Shown here: piece by piece, positions 50,171 through 61,985 of the stretch
Layout of the letters: each line of letters opens with the position of its first letter
How positions within the stretch are numbered: position 1 is the first letter of the stretch
Assembly (NCBI GenBank): GCA_024679065.1
Contig: JAGIQG010000017.1
Location: 50,220,001 to 50,284,000, forward strand
DNA: 64,000 bases
Direction: 5' to 3'
Source: Sphyrna mokarran
Taxonomy: Eukaryota
Translations under genes and position numbers: made by a program
The notes under the pieces: model-generated
The model's input: only the letters and a program-made list of their open reading frames with translations
Told to the model about the DNA's origin: nothing
Database searches by the model: none

Positions 50171-50784
50171 ACATCTTTATAACATAACCATGACCTTAGG
50201 CTATGCCTATTGTGGAAGATTCAAATTACTGTTGAAAGTCATCTCACACCATTCAGGGGAATCCTTGAAATGACATGATCTTTGCCTTGAGTATTTGCTT
50301 ATAGAATGCTGTGTGCTCCTAAATATAGTCTGGGCAGCAGTAGCCCTGATGGTGGGGCTGTAAAGCTGGATGCAACTTCCACCTCTGCCACTTCTGAACA
50401 GAATCCGTGACAAACAGGCAACTAATCGCCCCTCCAAAGAGCTGCCAGCCATCATTGTCACCCCAAGTTGTGGCTGCTGCTGTTGCTGAGAATGCACCCT
50501 ACCCAGAGAAGCAGCATGATCTTCATCCTGGGAAGATAAGTGGGGTCACGTTCTCCAGGGAAAGGCAGGTTGGCTCCCAGCTACCTTCTTCCACCTAAAG
50601 CTGAGAGATGAGGTCCTTCACTGGGCAGAAAGGACTTCCTCCACCTTCCCCTCCACTGATAAATCTGGCATCAGAAGGGCAAAGAGTACTCCATCCTCTG
50701 CCCTCTCATGGTTCCTCCCCACCTGCAACTCCTTTCCCCATCCACTCAGTCCATTCCTTAAGGTAGGTACAACTTTGTCTTTTA

Positions 50785-50935
50785 AAAAACGTTTAGACAT
50801 TAACATAAGTAAGATGGGTATATGGGTCAAATGTGAGCAATAGAGACTGGCTTAGGGGTTTAAAATAGAAAAGGTGGCATGGACAACTTGGGCCAAAAGG
50901 CCTATTTCCATGCTATAGAGCTCTATGACTCTATA
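50785..50935 (+). mobile_element. CR1 tail
   Basis: ttgggccaaaaggcctatttccatgctatagagctctatgactctat. Confidence 0.7.
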
Positions 50936-51606
50936 TGACTGTAATTTAGTTCCTAGTACACATGAACAGAATGGTAGAAGTATAAACTATCGGCTTGTTT
51001 ACCCACTAGCTTTGCTTTGATGCAGATACAATCTTTCTGAAAGACAACCTCCCTTGGCCAGCTGTGATCCCAGTGGGTTCAGGAGAATGACCAGGGGCCA
51101 CATCTGGGGAGAGGCCAGAGACTTATATGGGAGGAGACTATGATTCCTATACACAAATAGACCCATTGGCTACAACAGGTCTGTTCCTCTTCAAATCAAA
51201 TCCCCTTTTCACCTTCCCAAATCCTATCCTTCTACTCCTTTCCCCCTCATTGTGTTCACCTAGCTTCCCTTTAATACATTAATGCCATTTACCTCAAGCC
51301 CTCCTTGTGCAGGGAGCCTTAAGATTATATCAGTCGCAGTTGCCAGGAAGAAACAAATCCCCAACAGACTTCAAACCATTAACCATTTTTCTATGAACAA
51401 ACAGTAGCTATGATAGGATTAAAAATTCATATTACCAAGTGGGTTTGGTTTTTAAATTCATTCAAAATAAATCAGAACAAAATAACCAAAGGTGCAATAA
51501 GTTCATTCTGACTCAAATCATTGGCTATTGTCTCTCCACAGATGCTGTCAAAACTGCTGACATTCTCCAGTATTTTCTGTTTTTGTGTGTGCTCTTCTCT
51601 CATGCC

Positions 51607-51880
51607 CAGCATGGTGGCACAGTGGTTAGCACTGCTACCCTATAGCGGCAGGGATCTGGGTTCGATTCTGGCTTGGGTCACAAGTCTGTGTGGAGTCTGC
51701 GTGCTCTCTCCATGTATTTCCACCGGATGCTCCGGCTTCCTCTGAAAGACGTGCTGGTTAGGTACATTGGCCATGCTAAGTTCTCCCTCTGTGTACCCGA
51801 ACAGGTGCAGCAGTGTGATTTTCACAGCAACTTCATTACAGTATTAACGTAAACCTACTTGTGTCTAATAAATAAACTGT
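51607..51880 (+). mobile_element. V-SINE family B (preceded by a Penelope terminal fragment at ~51525-51590)
   Basis: Head, V domain and taataaataaac tail. Confidence 0.85.
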
Positions 51881-52554
51881 TTATGGAAAGTCATAGTTAA
51901 CAGAAAGAGCATCTTCTGGCTTTTTGTGATTTGAGGATGCAACGAGAAAACTCTAGTCTCTGGATTCAAAGAAAGTAAATTAACTTTTAATTATGCTGTG
52001 GAAATCCAGCTGAAACAGAGAATTGCAGATCATTAAGAAGACACCTCCTCCGCAAAGTGGTTCCTTGTGCCTGTTATAGTCTAGTTGATTTCAACAAGGG
52101 CAGATAAAGCTAATGAATGCAGCCTTCCACTGCCAGAACGCACACACATCGGAATATCTGACCCCACTGCTGATGACTTTAGCTGCTGCTTTCTTCAACA
52201 AATATTTCTCTTGCTGCAAATGGTAATACATCAGTCTTACATTTCAGTCATCTGACAGGCCAGTAAATACCACAGCTCCAGCTTCTAATATTAATCCAAG
52301 ATCCCCACACGGACCTATGGGCAGTGATTCTGCAAAAAGCATCTTGCACAGAAAGCAATTTCAATTTCAGCTCCAGAAATGATTGAGAGTATTAACTGGC
52401 AAGTCAGCATAAAAATCTTACTCCTCTGACTTACCTACGCTCTTACCAAGATCTCTACTCATTCTGTACACCAGAGTTCGGTACAGTTATATTTTCCCAT
52501 TCACACATTTGAAGTTCCCTACTCAGGTCATTTTGTAACTCAAGGTTCAGTCAT

Positions 52555-52910
52555 GATGCAGTGAGAGCGCTCTCACTTCTGTCTGGGGCTGTAGGATTTC
52601 AAGCTTCGCTCCACAGACCTCGACGCGTCATCCCAGTTGACGTTCAATGCCGTACTGAATGAACTGTGCTGTTCTTTGGACTAGGTGTTAAACAGTCTGC
52701 CCTCTCACCTGGTACAGCCCCAGAAGCATGGGAGTCTTTCCATGTGTTATGGCCAATCTTTCAACCAACATTATTGGAAAGAGATTATTTGGCCAATTAA
52801 CCACGACCATCTCTGCGAATTTGCAATGTGCAAATTTGCTGCCTGTTTCCTACATTACACCACTGACTACTTTTCAAATACATCAATGCTTGTCAAGTGC
52901 TTTGACTGAG
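52555..52910 (+). mobile_element. DeuSINE (SacSINE1-like)
   Basis: gtgcaaatttgctgcctgtttcctacattacaccactgactacttttcaaa tail and tggccaat..caaccaaca Deu-like domain. Confidence 0.65.
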
Positions 52911-53292
52911 GGTTTTAGGGAATAAGGGAGTGTTAACACCTCTCACAGGCAGGTTCGCCACACTCCGATTACCTTAACCAGTATTGGTCCTTATCTTCAC
53001 CCATTTCTCACCTGTGGCTCCAAGTCACAGGTTGTTAGTGACAGAGGTCACACTACTTCAACAAACAGAGCACTTTAATCACATCCTCATTCAGCCTTAG
53101 TTATCTAGGGTATCCTCAATCTTTGACACAGAATTTTCCAGATGCAGATTGACTTTAGCATCTGTAATGACTGGAACTCCATCAAAATGCCCCAGATGAT
53201 GAACATGGTTATCTTCCCTTCAAAGGATAACAAAGCTGGTAATAAAAACACCATGATAATTGCTTTTCCGTACTTTTTTGGTGTAACTGAAA

Positions 53293-53630
53293 ACAGTGGT
53301 GTAGTGGTCAGCAGTGCTGCCTCACAGCACCAGAATCCAGGTTCAATTCCGACCCTGGGTCACTCCCTGTCACGCATTTGCACATTCTCCCCATGTCTGC
53401 AATGGTTTCCTCCAGGTGCTCTGGTTTATTCCCACAGTCCAAAGATGTGCAGGTTAGGTTGATTGGCTGCGCTAAATTGACCCTAGTATCAGGGGGATTA
53501 GCAGGGTCAATAATTGGATTAGAGGTTACAATAATTGGGTTACAGTTATTGATAATGATGGGATCATTAACAGTACAAGCTTGATGGGCTGAATGGTCTC
53601 CTTCTGCACTGTAAGGCTTCTATGATTCTC
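53293..53630 (+). mobile_element. HE1-type V-SINE
   Basis: Head, V domain and CR1 tail. Confidence 0.85.
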
Positions 53631-54057
53631 TTGCGAATGAGCTACCATCAATTTCGGGTTGCAAGCAAATTTGTGAAAACAATAGCTGGTAACTTTAGTT
53701 TGTTTAGCACCTAATTACATATCCTTCGTGGTAGGAACTAATAGTTAGCAGCCAGGACTTGCCCTGTTTAAATGCTTGTTTACGGTTCCTACGGGCTTCT
53801 GTGGGAGAGATCTCTGTGTTAAACACTCACCATGCAGGGAAAACAAAATGTTTGGACAGAATGGGTTGTTCACAACTCCCAGTGTGTTCAAAAAAAACAC
53901 TTCTCCCCACTAGCCACATAAAAAAGTTGACTATCAGCATCCCTTCGAGAACCAGATCAAGCAGAAGATGCCTGATTTCTATTTTGCTGCTTAGAAGTTT
54001 TAAATTTTAAACACACACTCAACATGTTTTAAATGATATTTGTTAGGAGTTGGTCAA

Positions 54058-54789
54058 CGGTAACGACCATATTTCACATGGGGGAAGACATGTTGATGAA
54101 CAGAGGGATCTTGGTGTATATGTGCATAGATCCCTGAAAGTTGGCAATCAAGTCGATAAAGTTGTTAAGAAGGCATATGGAGTCTTAGCTTTTATTGGCA
54201 GGGGGATTGAATTTAGGAGCCGCAGCATCATGTTGCAATTGTACAAAACTCTAGTGCGGCCGCACTTGGAGTATTGTGTGCAGTTCTGGTCCCCGCATTA
54301 TAAGAAAGATGTGGAGGCTTTGGAGAGGGTACAGAGGAGGGTTACCAGGATGTTGCCTGGTATGGAGGGCATGTCTTATGAGGAGAGGCTGAGGGATTTG
54401 AGGTTGTTTTCGTTAGAAAGAAGGCGGCTAAGAGGAGACCTTATTGCAACATATAAGATGATTAGAGGTTTAGATAGGGTGGACAGTGATAGCCTTTTTC
54501 CTAGGATGGATAAAGCTAGCACGAGGGGACACAGCTTTAAATTAAGGGGTGATAGTTATAGGACGGATATCAGAGTAGGTTCTTTACCCAAAGGGTGGTT
54601 CGGGAGTGGAATGCCCTGCCTGCAGCAGTTGTAGATGCGCCAAGTTTGGTGGCGTTTAAGAGGTTAGTAGATAAGTTTATGGACGAAAAGGGAATGGTTT
54701 AGTTTGGAGGGTCATGGCTTTTTCCTAATTGGTCGGCGCAACATCGAAGGCCGAAGGGCCTGTTCTGCACTGTAATGTTCTATGTTCTA
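54058..54789 (+). mobile_element. Young CR1 3' fragment
   Basis: ORF 54050-54634 ([29 protein letters not shown]); tail tgttctatgttcta. Confidence 0.92.
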
Positions 54790-54926
54790 AACACTGGTTT
54801 CTGGTTGGCCAACACGAATCAGATCACATAATCTTCAAATTCCAACAGAATCATTGAAATTGGCCATTAGTTTAACATTTAGTTTGAAGGACATCACTTT
54901 CCAACTGTGCAGTGCTCCTTTAACCC

Positions 54927-55205
54927 TGATTTTGATTTGATTTATTATTGTCGCATGTATTAGCATACAGTGAAAAGTATTGTTTCTTGCACGCTACACA
55001 GACAAAGCATATCGTTCATCAAGAAGGAAATGAGAGAGTGCAGAAGGTACTGTTACAGTCAGAGCTAGGATGCTGAGAAAGATCAACTTAATGTGAGGTA
55101 GGTCCATTCAAAAGTCTGACAGCAGCAGGGAAGAAGCTGTTCTTGAGTTGGCTGGTACGTGACCTAGACTTATTTATCTTTTTCCAGACGGAGTAAGGTG
55201 GAAGA
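54927..55205 (-). mobile_element. Rex1/Babar tail
   Basis: gattttgatttgatttattattgtc..cagcagggaagaagctgttcttgag. Confidence 0.8.
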
Positions 55206-55909
55206 CAGAACGTCTGCTCTGAAGAGTTGGCTGAGCTCGTGCACTCAAAGCCCAGGGGAGATCTAACGCTGCTTATGACCTAGGAATAAAAAGTGCCATC
55301 AAGCTGCCACTGCCCATATATTCCTTCCAAGATTTTATTGAGGGATTTATTTCTCCATTACAAAATCAGGTAACAATTTACATATAACTTAAGACAACAT
55401 CGTTATTGGTTGAGGAGTGAAATGCTGATTGCCCACCTCCAGTTGATATCAAGTCATAAATTCTTTTGAAATGTGGAAGCAGTGAACAGTTTTCAGCTAA
55501 CTGGAACACTTACTGCAGCAGCTTGAAACAGTTTCCTTCCTCTAAACAAAGGAAAACTGTCTCTTTACACAGTTTAGTCCATACCAGAGCATCATGTAGG
55601 CCCACATAAGGTGGTGTTGTTGCCATGGTATCACTAGCTGTAAGCATCTGGTCACAAACAGGCTACTGGACTTGAGTGTTAGCTGATGAAGCAACCATTA
55701 CTTTCACATTGTAAATCAGAACCCTCTGATAGAACATGCAGTAGAAACATTGAGGGAGGAAATATTGTGATGTTAGGAACTCTTGAAAGAGGATAAATGA
55801 CTAGATCTACGGAAAACATATCCTAGGTTGCTGAGGAAAGCAAGGGAATAGCCTAACCATCCTTTTCCAGCCATTTCTGGTTTTAGGTGTGGTGCTGGAG
55901 CATTGCTCA

Positions 55910-56230
55910 TCATAGAATAGAAATTCCTACAGTGCAGAAGGAGGCCATTCAGCCACTGAGTCTGCACCAACCACAATCCCATCCAGGTCCTCTTCTTGTA
56001 ATCCCTCAAATTTATCCTGCTCATTCCCCTGAAACAAGGGCTAATTTAGCATGGTCAATCAACCTAACCTGCACATCTTTGTAATGTGGAAGGAAACCAG
56101 AGCATCCGGAGGTAACCCACACGGAGATGGGGAAGAATGTTCAAACTCCACCGAGACAATCACCTGAGGCCAAATTGAATCTGGGTCCCTGACTCTGAGA
56201 GGCTGCAACGCTAACCATTGTGCCACTGTG
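55910..56230 (-). mobile_element. HE1-type V-SINE
   Basis: Tail, V domain and head on the reverse strand. Confidence 0.85.
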
Positions 56231-57060
56231 TAGCTATTGTTGTTTATCAAGGGAGAGAGAGAAATGCCCAAGTAATCACTGACCAGTCCTCTCAAACTGG
56301 TAGTGGGAAAATGATTGAAAAGAATTCTGATGCACAGTCCAAACTGCCATTTGGAAAGCACAAGTCAAAGATGGATAGCATGATAGAGTCATGCGAGGTG
56401 AACATGATTGAATTTTTTTGCTTGAGGAGATAACAAGAAAGACTTTTGCCAAATGGCAGAAAGGGATCAGGAAATTGACTGAGTCTCCATGGGCCCTTGG
56501 CAAAAGGTGTCACCCTATTCTCTTTCCATCTGGTCATCTCTCTACAAGAGCTCTTTCCTAGATTGTGCAGCCATCAGCTCTTGGAAAGAGTTGTTCTCCT
56601 TTGCCCCATCCTCCTCGTGTCCACTCTTGGTCTTTCAGGGTTGTTTTCCTCATATTTATACAATTCTCATTTAAACGTTTTAACAAATTGTGCTATCATC
56701 ACTGCTTCCATAGGAATTCCACTTCCTTACATCTCTCCTTTTAGTTGTTTTGATGACCTTCAATTTCTTTCCTTCAGCCTGTGAACAACAATCTGCATTT
56801 GTATAGCACCTTCAACCACACACTATCTCATGGTGCTACATAGGAGTCTCAGCAAACACGATTTGACACTAAGCAATATAAGGGGATACTCGGACAGATG
56901 ATCAAAAGCTTAGTCAAAGTAGAATGTTTCAAGAAGCCTCTTCGGAGGCAGAGTGAAAGGTAAAGGGAAATGAGGGGTTAGGAATTAGAATGTGCTCAGG
57001 GTGTGGTGGAGGCAGGGTCAAGTGAGGCTTTCAAAAGTGAATTGGATCATTAATTGAAAA

Positions 57061-58748
57061 GAACAAAGAACAAAACAGCACGGGAAACAGGCCCTTCGGC
57101 CCAATGAGCCCGTGCCGCCACCCCGATGTTCCCACGTCTACCCGCGATCCCTGTCCATGTTTATAGATCTATGGATTAACAACCAAATTTGAGACAATTT
57201 AGGGAGAATCTGTTTTGCCAATTAGCCTAAGAGCACATCTTTGGGATGTGGGAGGAAACCGGAGCTCCCGGAGAAAACCCACGCAAGCACGGGGAGAATG
57301 CGCAAACTCCCACAGATACAGGCCCAAATCCATGTATCTGCACAGCCCAGCGATAGTCACTGAGCTGTCGCGTTGCCCATCAAATGGTCCAGGTCAAGCA
57401 TACACTAACAGCGTGAAGCACTAGGATACTCTCGAAAAAAATCCAAGAGCAGCCCTCTCACAACCATTGCGTGTATACACCTTGTTAGACAACAAGGTGG
57501 ACTAAAGCACCTGTAGGATAAAAACAAGTACATCAATATCATCATCTATTTACATACTTCCCAGGGACTCCCAAGACTCATGATCCCTATTTTAAATCAG
57601 TTTTCTATACCCCTCCATTCCCATTCTGTTCATGCGCCCATCTAAGTATTTCTTAAATAACTCCAGAGTACCTGCCTCCACCACTTTACTTGGCAGCGCA
57701 TTCCATACCCGCACCACCCTCTGTGTGAAGAAACTCCCTCTAGCATCCAAATTATACCTTACCCCCCTCACCCTAAACCCGTGACCCCTTGTGCTATTTG
57801 AGTCCATCCTAGGAAAAAGCTTAACCCTGTTTACTCTATCTATACCCTTCATAATCTTGTACACCTCTATTAGATCACCTCTAAGTCTACGTCTTTCTAA
57901 GGAAAACAGTCCCAATTTGCCTAACCTCTCCTCATAACTCAGACCTCCTATATCAGGCAGCATCCTGGTAAACCTCCTCTGCACTCTCTCCAGAATCTCC
58001 ACATCCTTCCGGTAGTAGGGTAACCAGAACTGGACACAGTATTCTATATGAGGTCTAACCAACATTTTATACAACTGCAACATTAAAGGCCAGCTCTTGT
58101 ACTCTATATCCCTTCCTATAAAGGCTAACATACTATATGCTTTCTTCACAACCTTCTCCACTTGCTCTGCCACCTTCAGAGATTTGTTCACCTGCACCCC
58201 TAGGTCCCTCTGCGTTTCTATACTCTTAATAGGTCTACCCTTTATCATATACCTCCCCCCTACATTCTTTCTCCCAAAATGCATCACCTCACATTTATCA
58301 GGATTGAATTCCATCTGCCATCTATCTGCCCAAGCTACCACCTATGTCCTGCTGCATCCCTGACAATGCCCTCACTATCCGCAAGTCCAGCCATCTTTGT
58401 ATCGTCTGCAAACTTGCTGATCACTCCACTTACTCCCTCTTCCAAGTCATTTATATATATTACAAATAGAAGAGGTCCCAGTACCGAGCCCTGCGGCACA
58501 CCACTAGTGACCGACCTCCAGCTAGAAAAACACCCTTCCACTATTACTCTCTGTCTCCTATTACTAAGCCAGTTACTTATCCATCTAGCTACCTGTCCTT
58601 GTATCCCATTAGCCTTGACCTTCTCAACTAACCTCCCATGAGGGACTTTGTCAAACGCTTTACTAAAATCCATATAGACGACATCAACAACTCGCCCGTC
58701 GTCCACTGTTTTCGTCACCTCCTCAAAAAATTCTACCAGATTCGTAAG
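57061..58748 (-). mobile_element. Young 5'-truncated CR1 with V domain in the 3' UTR
   Basis: ORFs 58335-58718 ([27 protein letters not shown]) and 57592-58341; tail (gaacaaa)n; inserted in an older CR1 tail (57001-57060 and 58749-58855). Confidence 0.95.
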
Positions 58749-59076
58749 GGCAAAAGGGCAAACGTTGCAGGGACATAAGGAAAGGATAGTGCTCAGGTAC
58801 TAGGAGAAATGCTCAAGTACAATGGGCCGAATGGGCTCCTTCTGTGCTGCAACCACAGGGCCTGGATAGCTGAAAGCATGGTCACCAATGATGGCGATGG
58901 AAAGAGACCAGAATTAAAGGAACACAGAGTTGAATGGCTGAGGAGATTATCGAGAGACAGGGAGAGAAGGGTAAAGTCAGGGAAGGATTTGAAACCAAGT
59001 TGAGAATTTGTAATTCAATCTCCAATATAGTCTGATGAGCATAGGAGTGATGGGAAAATGGTGTAATAAGGTCAAA

Positions 59077-59167
59077 GTGATTCCAAATATACCCGTTGGA
59101 CTTTAACCTGGTGTTGTGAGACTTCTTACTATGCCCGCCCCAATCCAACCCCGGCATCTCCACATCT
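59077..59167 (+). mobile_element. Penelope-derived short element, 3' half only
   Basis: gtgattccaaat..gttggactttaacctggtgttgtgagacttcttac..ggcatctccacatc; tcaaagtg repeated at 59072-59079 and 59172-59179. Confidence 0.8.
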
Positions 59168-59469
59168 AACATCAAAGTGTAACAAGGTTGAAAGGACCCG
59201 AACAAAAATTGAGACGTCAAGAAGCAGGACTTGAGTTTTAAAAGTGTGGGAGGCTGAGTGGGTTAAGGAGGCAAGTGATGACTCAATTCAGATGCACTAG
59301 TGCATTAAACAGCTCTCCCAGACCTTGGTGCCATTGTCTCATATTCTTCTTAGATTACACATATATTGCAGTCATAAAAATGTAGTACAAATTATAATAG
59401 CAAGCTGCAGCTCCAGAAAAGCTTTTAACATGTCAAAATGTAACACCTCCTTTTAGTGCTACAATCGAG

Positions 59470-60300
59470 CATCATCTGATAATTGTGTGGGAGCCCAATA
59501 TCAAAGCCAAGATTGCTGTCGCTTCCTGGTGAAATCTTATTGTTTTCTGACGCTTGGAGTGCCATCCCCGACTGTCACTGTGGTCATGGTTACGGGAGCT
59601 AACATCAGGCCAGGGCACGGAGCGGGTGCAGAGCAGGAATCGTACCACACCAGCGTGACTCACCGGAACTTTCCGGGCACCTGACAATCGCTTGCTCACT
59701 GTTGAGACACTACTTTCGCCTCTTGGTCTCTGCCAATCAACTGCTGCCCCGGCAATGCCTTGTTCACCGGAGTTTCCATGGTGACTGCTACATTGAGTGA
59801 TGTTATTTTAAAGCCACTGCCAGGGCAACAAGACCCAAAGGGAGAGGAGAAAATAAACACCCACACATCTAAATATAGCAGCAGCGTCTAACTAGGGAGA
59901 TTGCTAAAACCTGCTTCTGCATAATGCCCGAAACAGTTTGAATCTGTGGACGTTTACACATGCACACCCCTGCGCAAGGCGATCTTTGTTTTCCGAAATG
60001 TATACACACACAGCCTGGTACGGTGAGAAGACCCCCTCGCAAAATACGGCTGCCTCGTCCTTCTCAAAGATCACCAGGACACCATCCTCCGAGGCAGCTA
60101 TTTCACTAGATATAAAGGTCGACAGCTCCCTAACAACCAAAGGATTAGATGAAGCACCTGGCTGAAAGAAGTTACCAAAGCAATTTATGGTTTATTATAT
60201 CAAATCATAATATAATAAACCCATACCTGTAAAGACCGGAAAAAAGAGACCGACTCAACATCTCTCTTGGAACAGATTTGGTGTTACTCCCTGTCCGTTC
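59470..60300. promoter_or_regulatory. Repeat-free, CpG-retaining island (candidate regulatory element or alternative promoter region)
   Basis: Visibly more CpG than flanks, no recognisable repeat, adjacent to a minus-strand splice signal. Confidence 0.35.
60227..60261 (-). CDS. Candidate short first exon MLSRSLFSGLY + AG (phase 2), or an AG|GT recursive splice site
   Basis: Minus strand ATGTTGAGTCGGTCTCTTTTTTCCGGTCTTTACAG|gtatgg. Confidence 0.2.
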
Positions 60301-60359
60301 TAATGCCAATGCAATGCAATGTTTATTTAGATCAGATTTCATCACTATAAACTCAAAAT

Positions 60360-60862
60360 TAGAACCATGGAATACAATCCCAGCCGTTCAAAAAGAGGCC
60401 ACTCAGTCCATCAAATCTGCAGTGATTCCCTAAAAGGGCATCCTAACCAAGCTCCCCGCTTTCCTCCATCCCCATAACTTCACACATTTACCATGGCCAA
60501 TCCACCTAACTTGCACATCTTAGAACACTAAGGCGCAATTTACTATGGCCAATCCACCTAACCTGTATATCTTGGGACACTAAGGAGCAATTTATCATGG
60601 CCAATACACCTCACCTGTACATCCTGGGACACTAAGGGGCAATTTAGCATGGCCAAACCACCTTAACCTGTACATCTCAGGACACTAAGGTGCAATTTAG
60701 CACGGCCAATCCGCCTAACCTGTATATCTTTGGACTGTGGGAGGAAATCCAAGCACCAGAGGAAACACAGGCAAACTTCACACAGTCACCCAAGGCTGGA
60801 ACTGAACCCAGGTCCCTGGCACAGTGAGGCAGCAGTGTTAGTCACTCTGCCACCGTGTTGCG
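60360..60862 (-). mobile_element. HE1-type V-SINE with internal tandem expansion
   Basis: Tail at 60360-60490, array at 60491-60732, V domain and head to 60862. Confidence 0.88.
60491..60732. repeat. 52-bp tandem repeat, ~4.6 copies
   Basis: a(t/c)ggccaa unit starts at 60493, 60545, 60597, 60649 and 60702. Confidence 0.9.
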
Positions 60863-61279
60863 CATCTGGGGTTTTAAAAAAAAAGTTCACCGTGTTCCCC
60901 CACCTCTTAGCAGAACAGACACTTTCTCACAGGATGGTGCTGATGCACCAGATTTAGATTAACTTTCTTTGCAAGCTGACCCACTCAAACACAAAGTAAA
61001 AACTGCAACATTAGGAATAATCAATAGTGCCAGAACCCAATTAGTGTCGGCTATTTACATGGGTCACAGCAATCCACTTTCCAACAGCCCTTCACAATAA
61101 ATGGACAAGTTGCTATAATTGCATCATTATTCTTTTCGAGTAATTCACAGGCTGGGAGTGTCGCTAATGAAGCCAGCATTCCTTTGTCCATCCCTGGTTA
61201 CCCTTGCGGCAGTGATGAACTGGTGAACTTCATGTAGGGAGGGTACTTTGCACTGTTGCTGAGCAGGGAGCTTTGCAAA

Positions 61280-61545
61280 GTCAGGGACCCAGGTTTAATT
61301 CCCGGCTCGAGTGACAGTGTGGAATCTGCATGTTCTCCCCGTGTCTGTGTGGGTTTCCTCCAGGTGCTCTGGTTTCCTCCCTCATGCCAAGATGAGCAGA
61401 TTAAGTAGGTTGGCCATGCACAATTGCCCGATAGTGTCAGGGATTACTGTGGTAAATATGAGGTTATGAGGCTAAGGTCTTGTTGGGATGTTGCTGGTGC
61501 AGGCTCGATGAGCCAAGTAGCCTGCTTCTGCACTGTCGGGATTTT
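61280..61545 (+). mobile_element. HE1-type V-SINE (5' clipped), after a family-C-type LINE tail on the minus strand (~61145-61275)
   Basis: cagggacccaggtttaattcccgg, V domain and CR1 tail. Confidence 0.8.
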
Positions 61546-61606
61546 ATTTTGTGGTATTACTAAGATGGCATAAGTACAGAAAATACCACGCAATGTGGAT
61601 AGAGAT

Positions 61607-61985
61607 TGTACCCAAACAGGTGCCCAAGTGTGGCGACTTGGGGATTTTTGCAGTAACTTCATTGCAGTGTTAATGTAAGCCTACTTGTGACACTTTGTTT
61701 TTTTATAAGTTTATTTGTTAGTTACAAGTAAGCTTACATTAACACTGCAATTAAGTTACTGTGAAAATCCCATAGTTGCCACACCCCAGCATCTGTTAGG
61801 GTACAGTGAAGGAGAATTTAGCATGGCCAATCCAGCACATCTTTGCACTGTGCGAGGAAACCGGAGCATCCGGAAGAAACCCACACAGACACAGGGAGAA
61901 CCTGCAAAAGTGACCCAAGCCGGGAATCAAATCCGGGTCCCTGGCGCTGTGAGATAGCGGTGCTACCCACTGTGCCATCATGCTG
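61607..61985. mobile_element. Two family-B SINEs tail-to-tail (+ tail 61607-61694; minus copy ~61705-61985)
   Basis: cagtaacttcattgcagtgttaatgtaagc faces its reverse complement gcttacattaacactgcaattaagttactg. Confidence 0.85.

Noticed and set aside
52417-52450. Cluster of three minus-strand GTAAG donors
   Set aside because: No supporting acceptor or ORF, and it lies next to a decayed SINE; probably chance
59904-60165. Overlapping 75-78 aa ORFs as coding exons
   Set aside because: Non-ATG starts, no recognisable domain and no flanking splice-site pair
60491-60732. CRISPR-like array
   Set aside because: Units are contiguous tandem copies without unique spacers, lie inside a SINE, and there are no cas genes; the DNA is vertebrate
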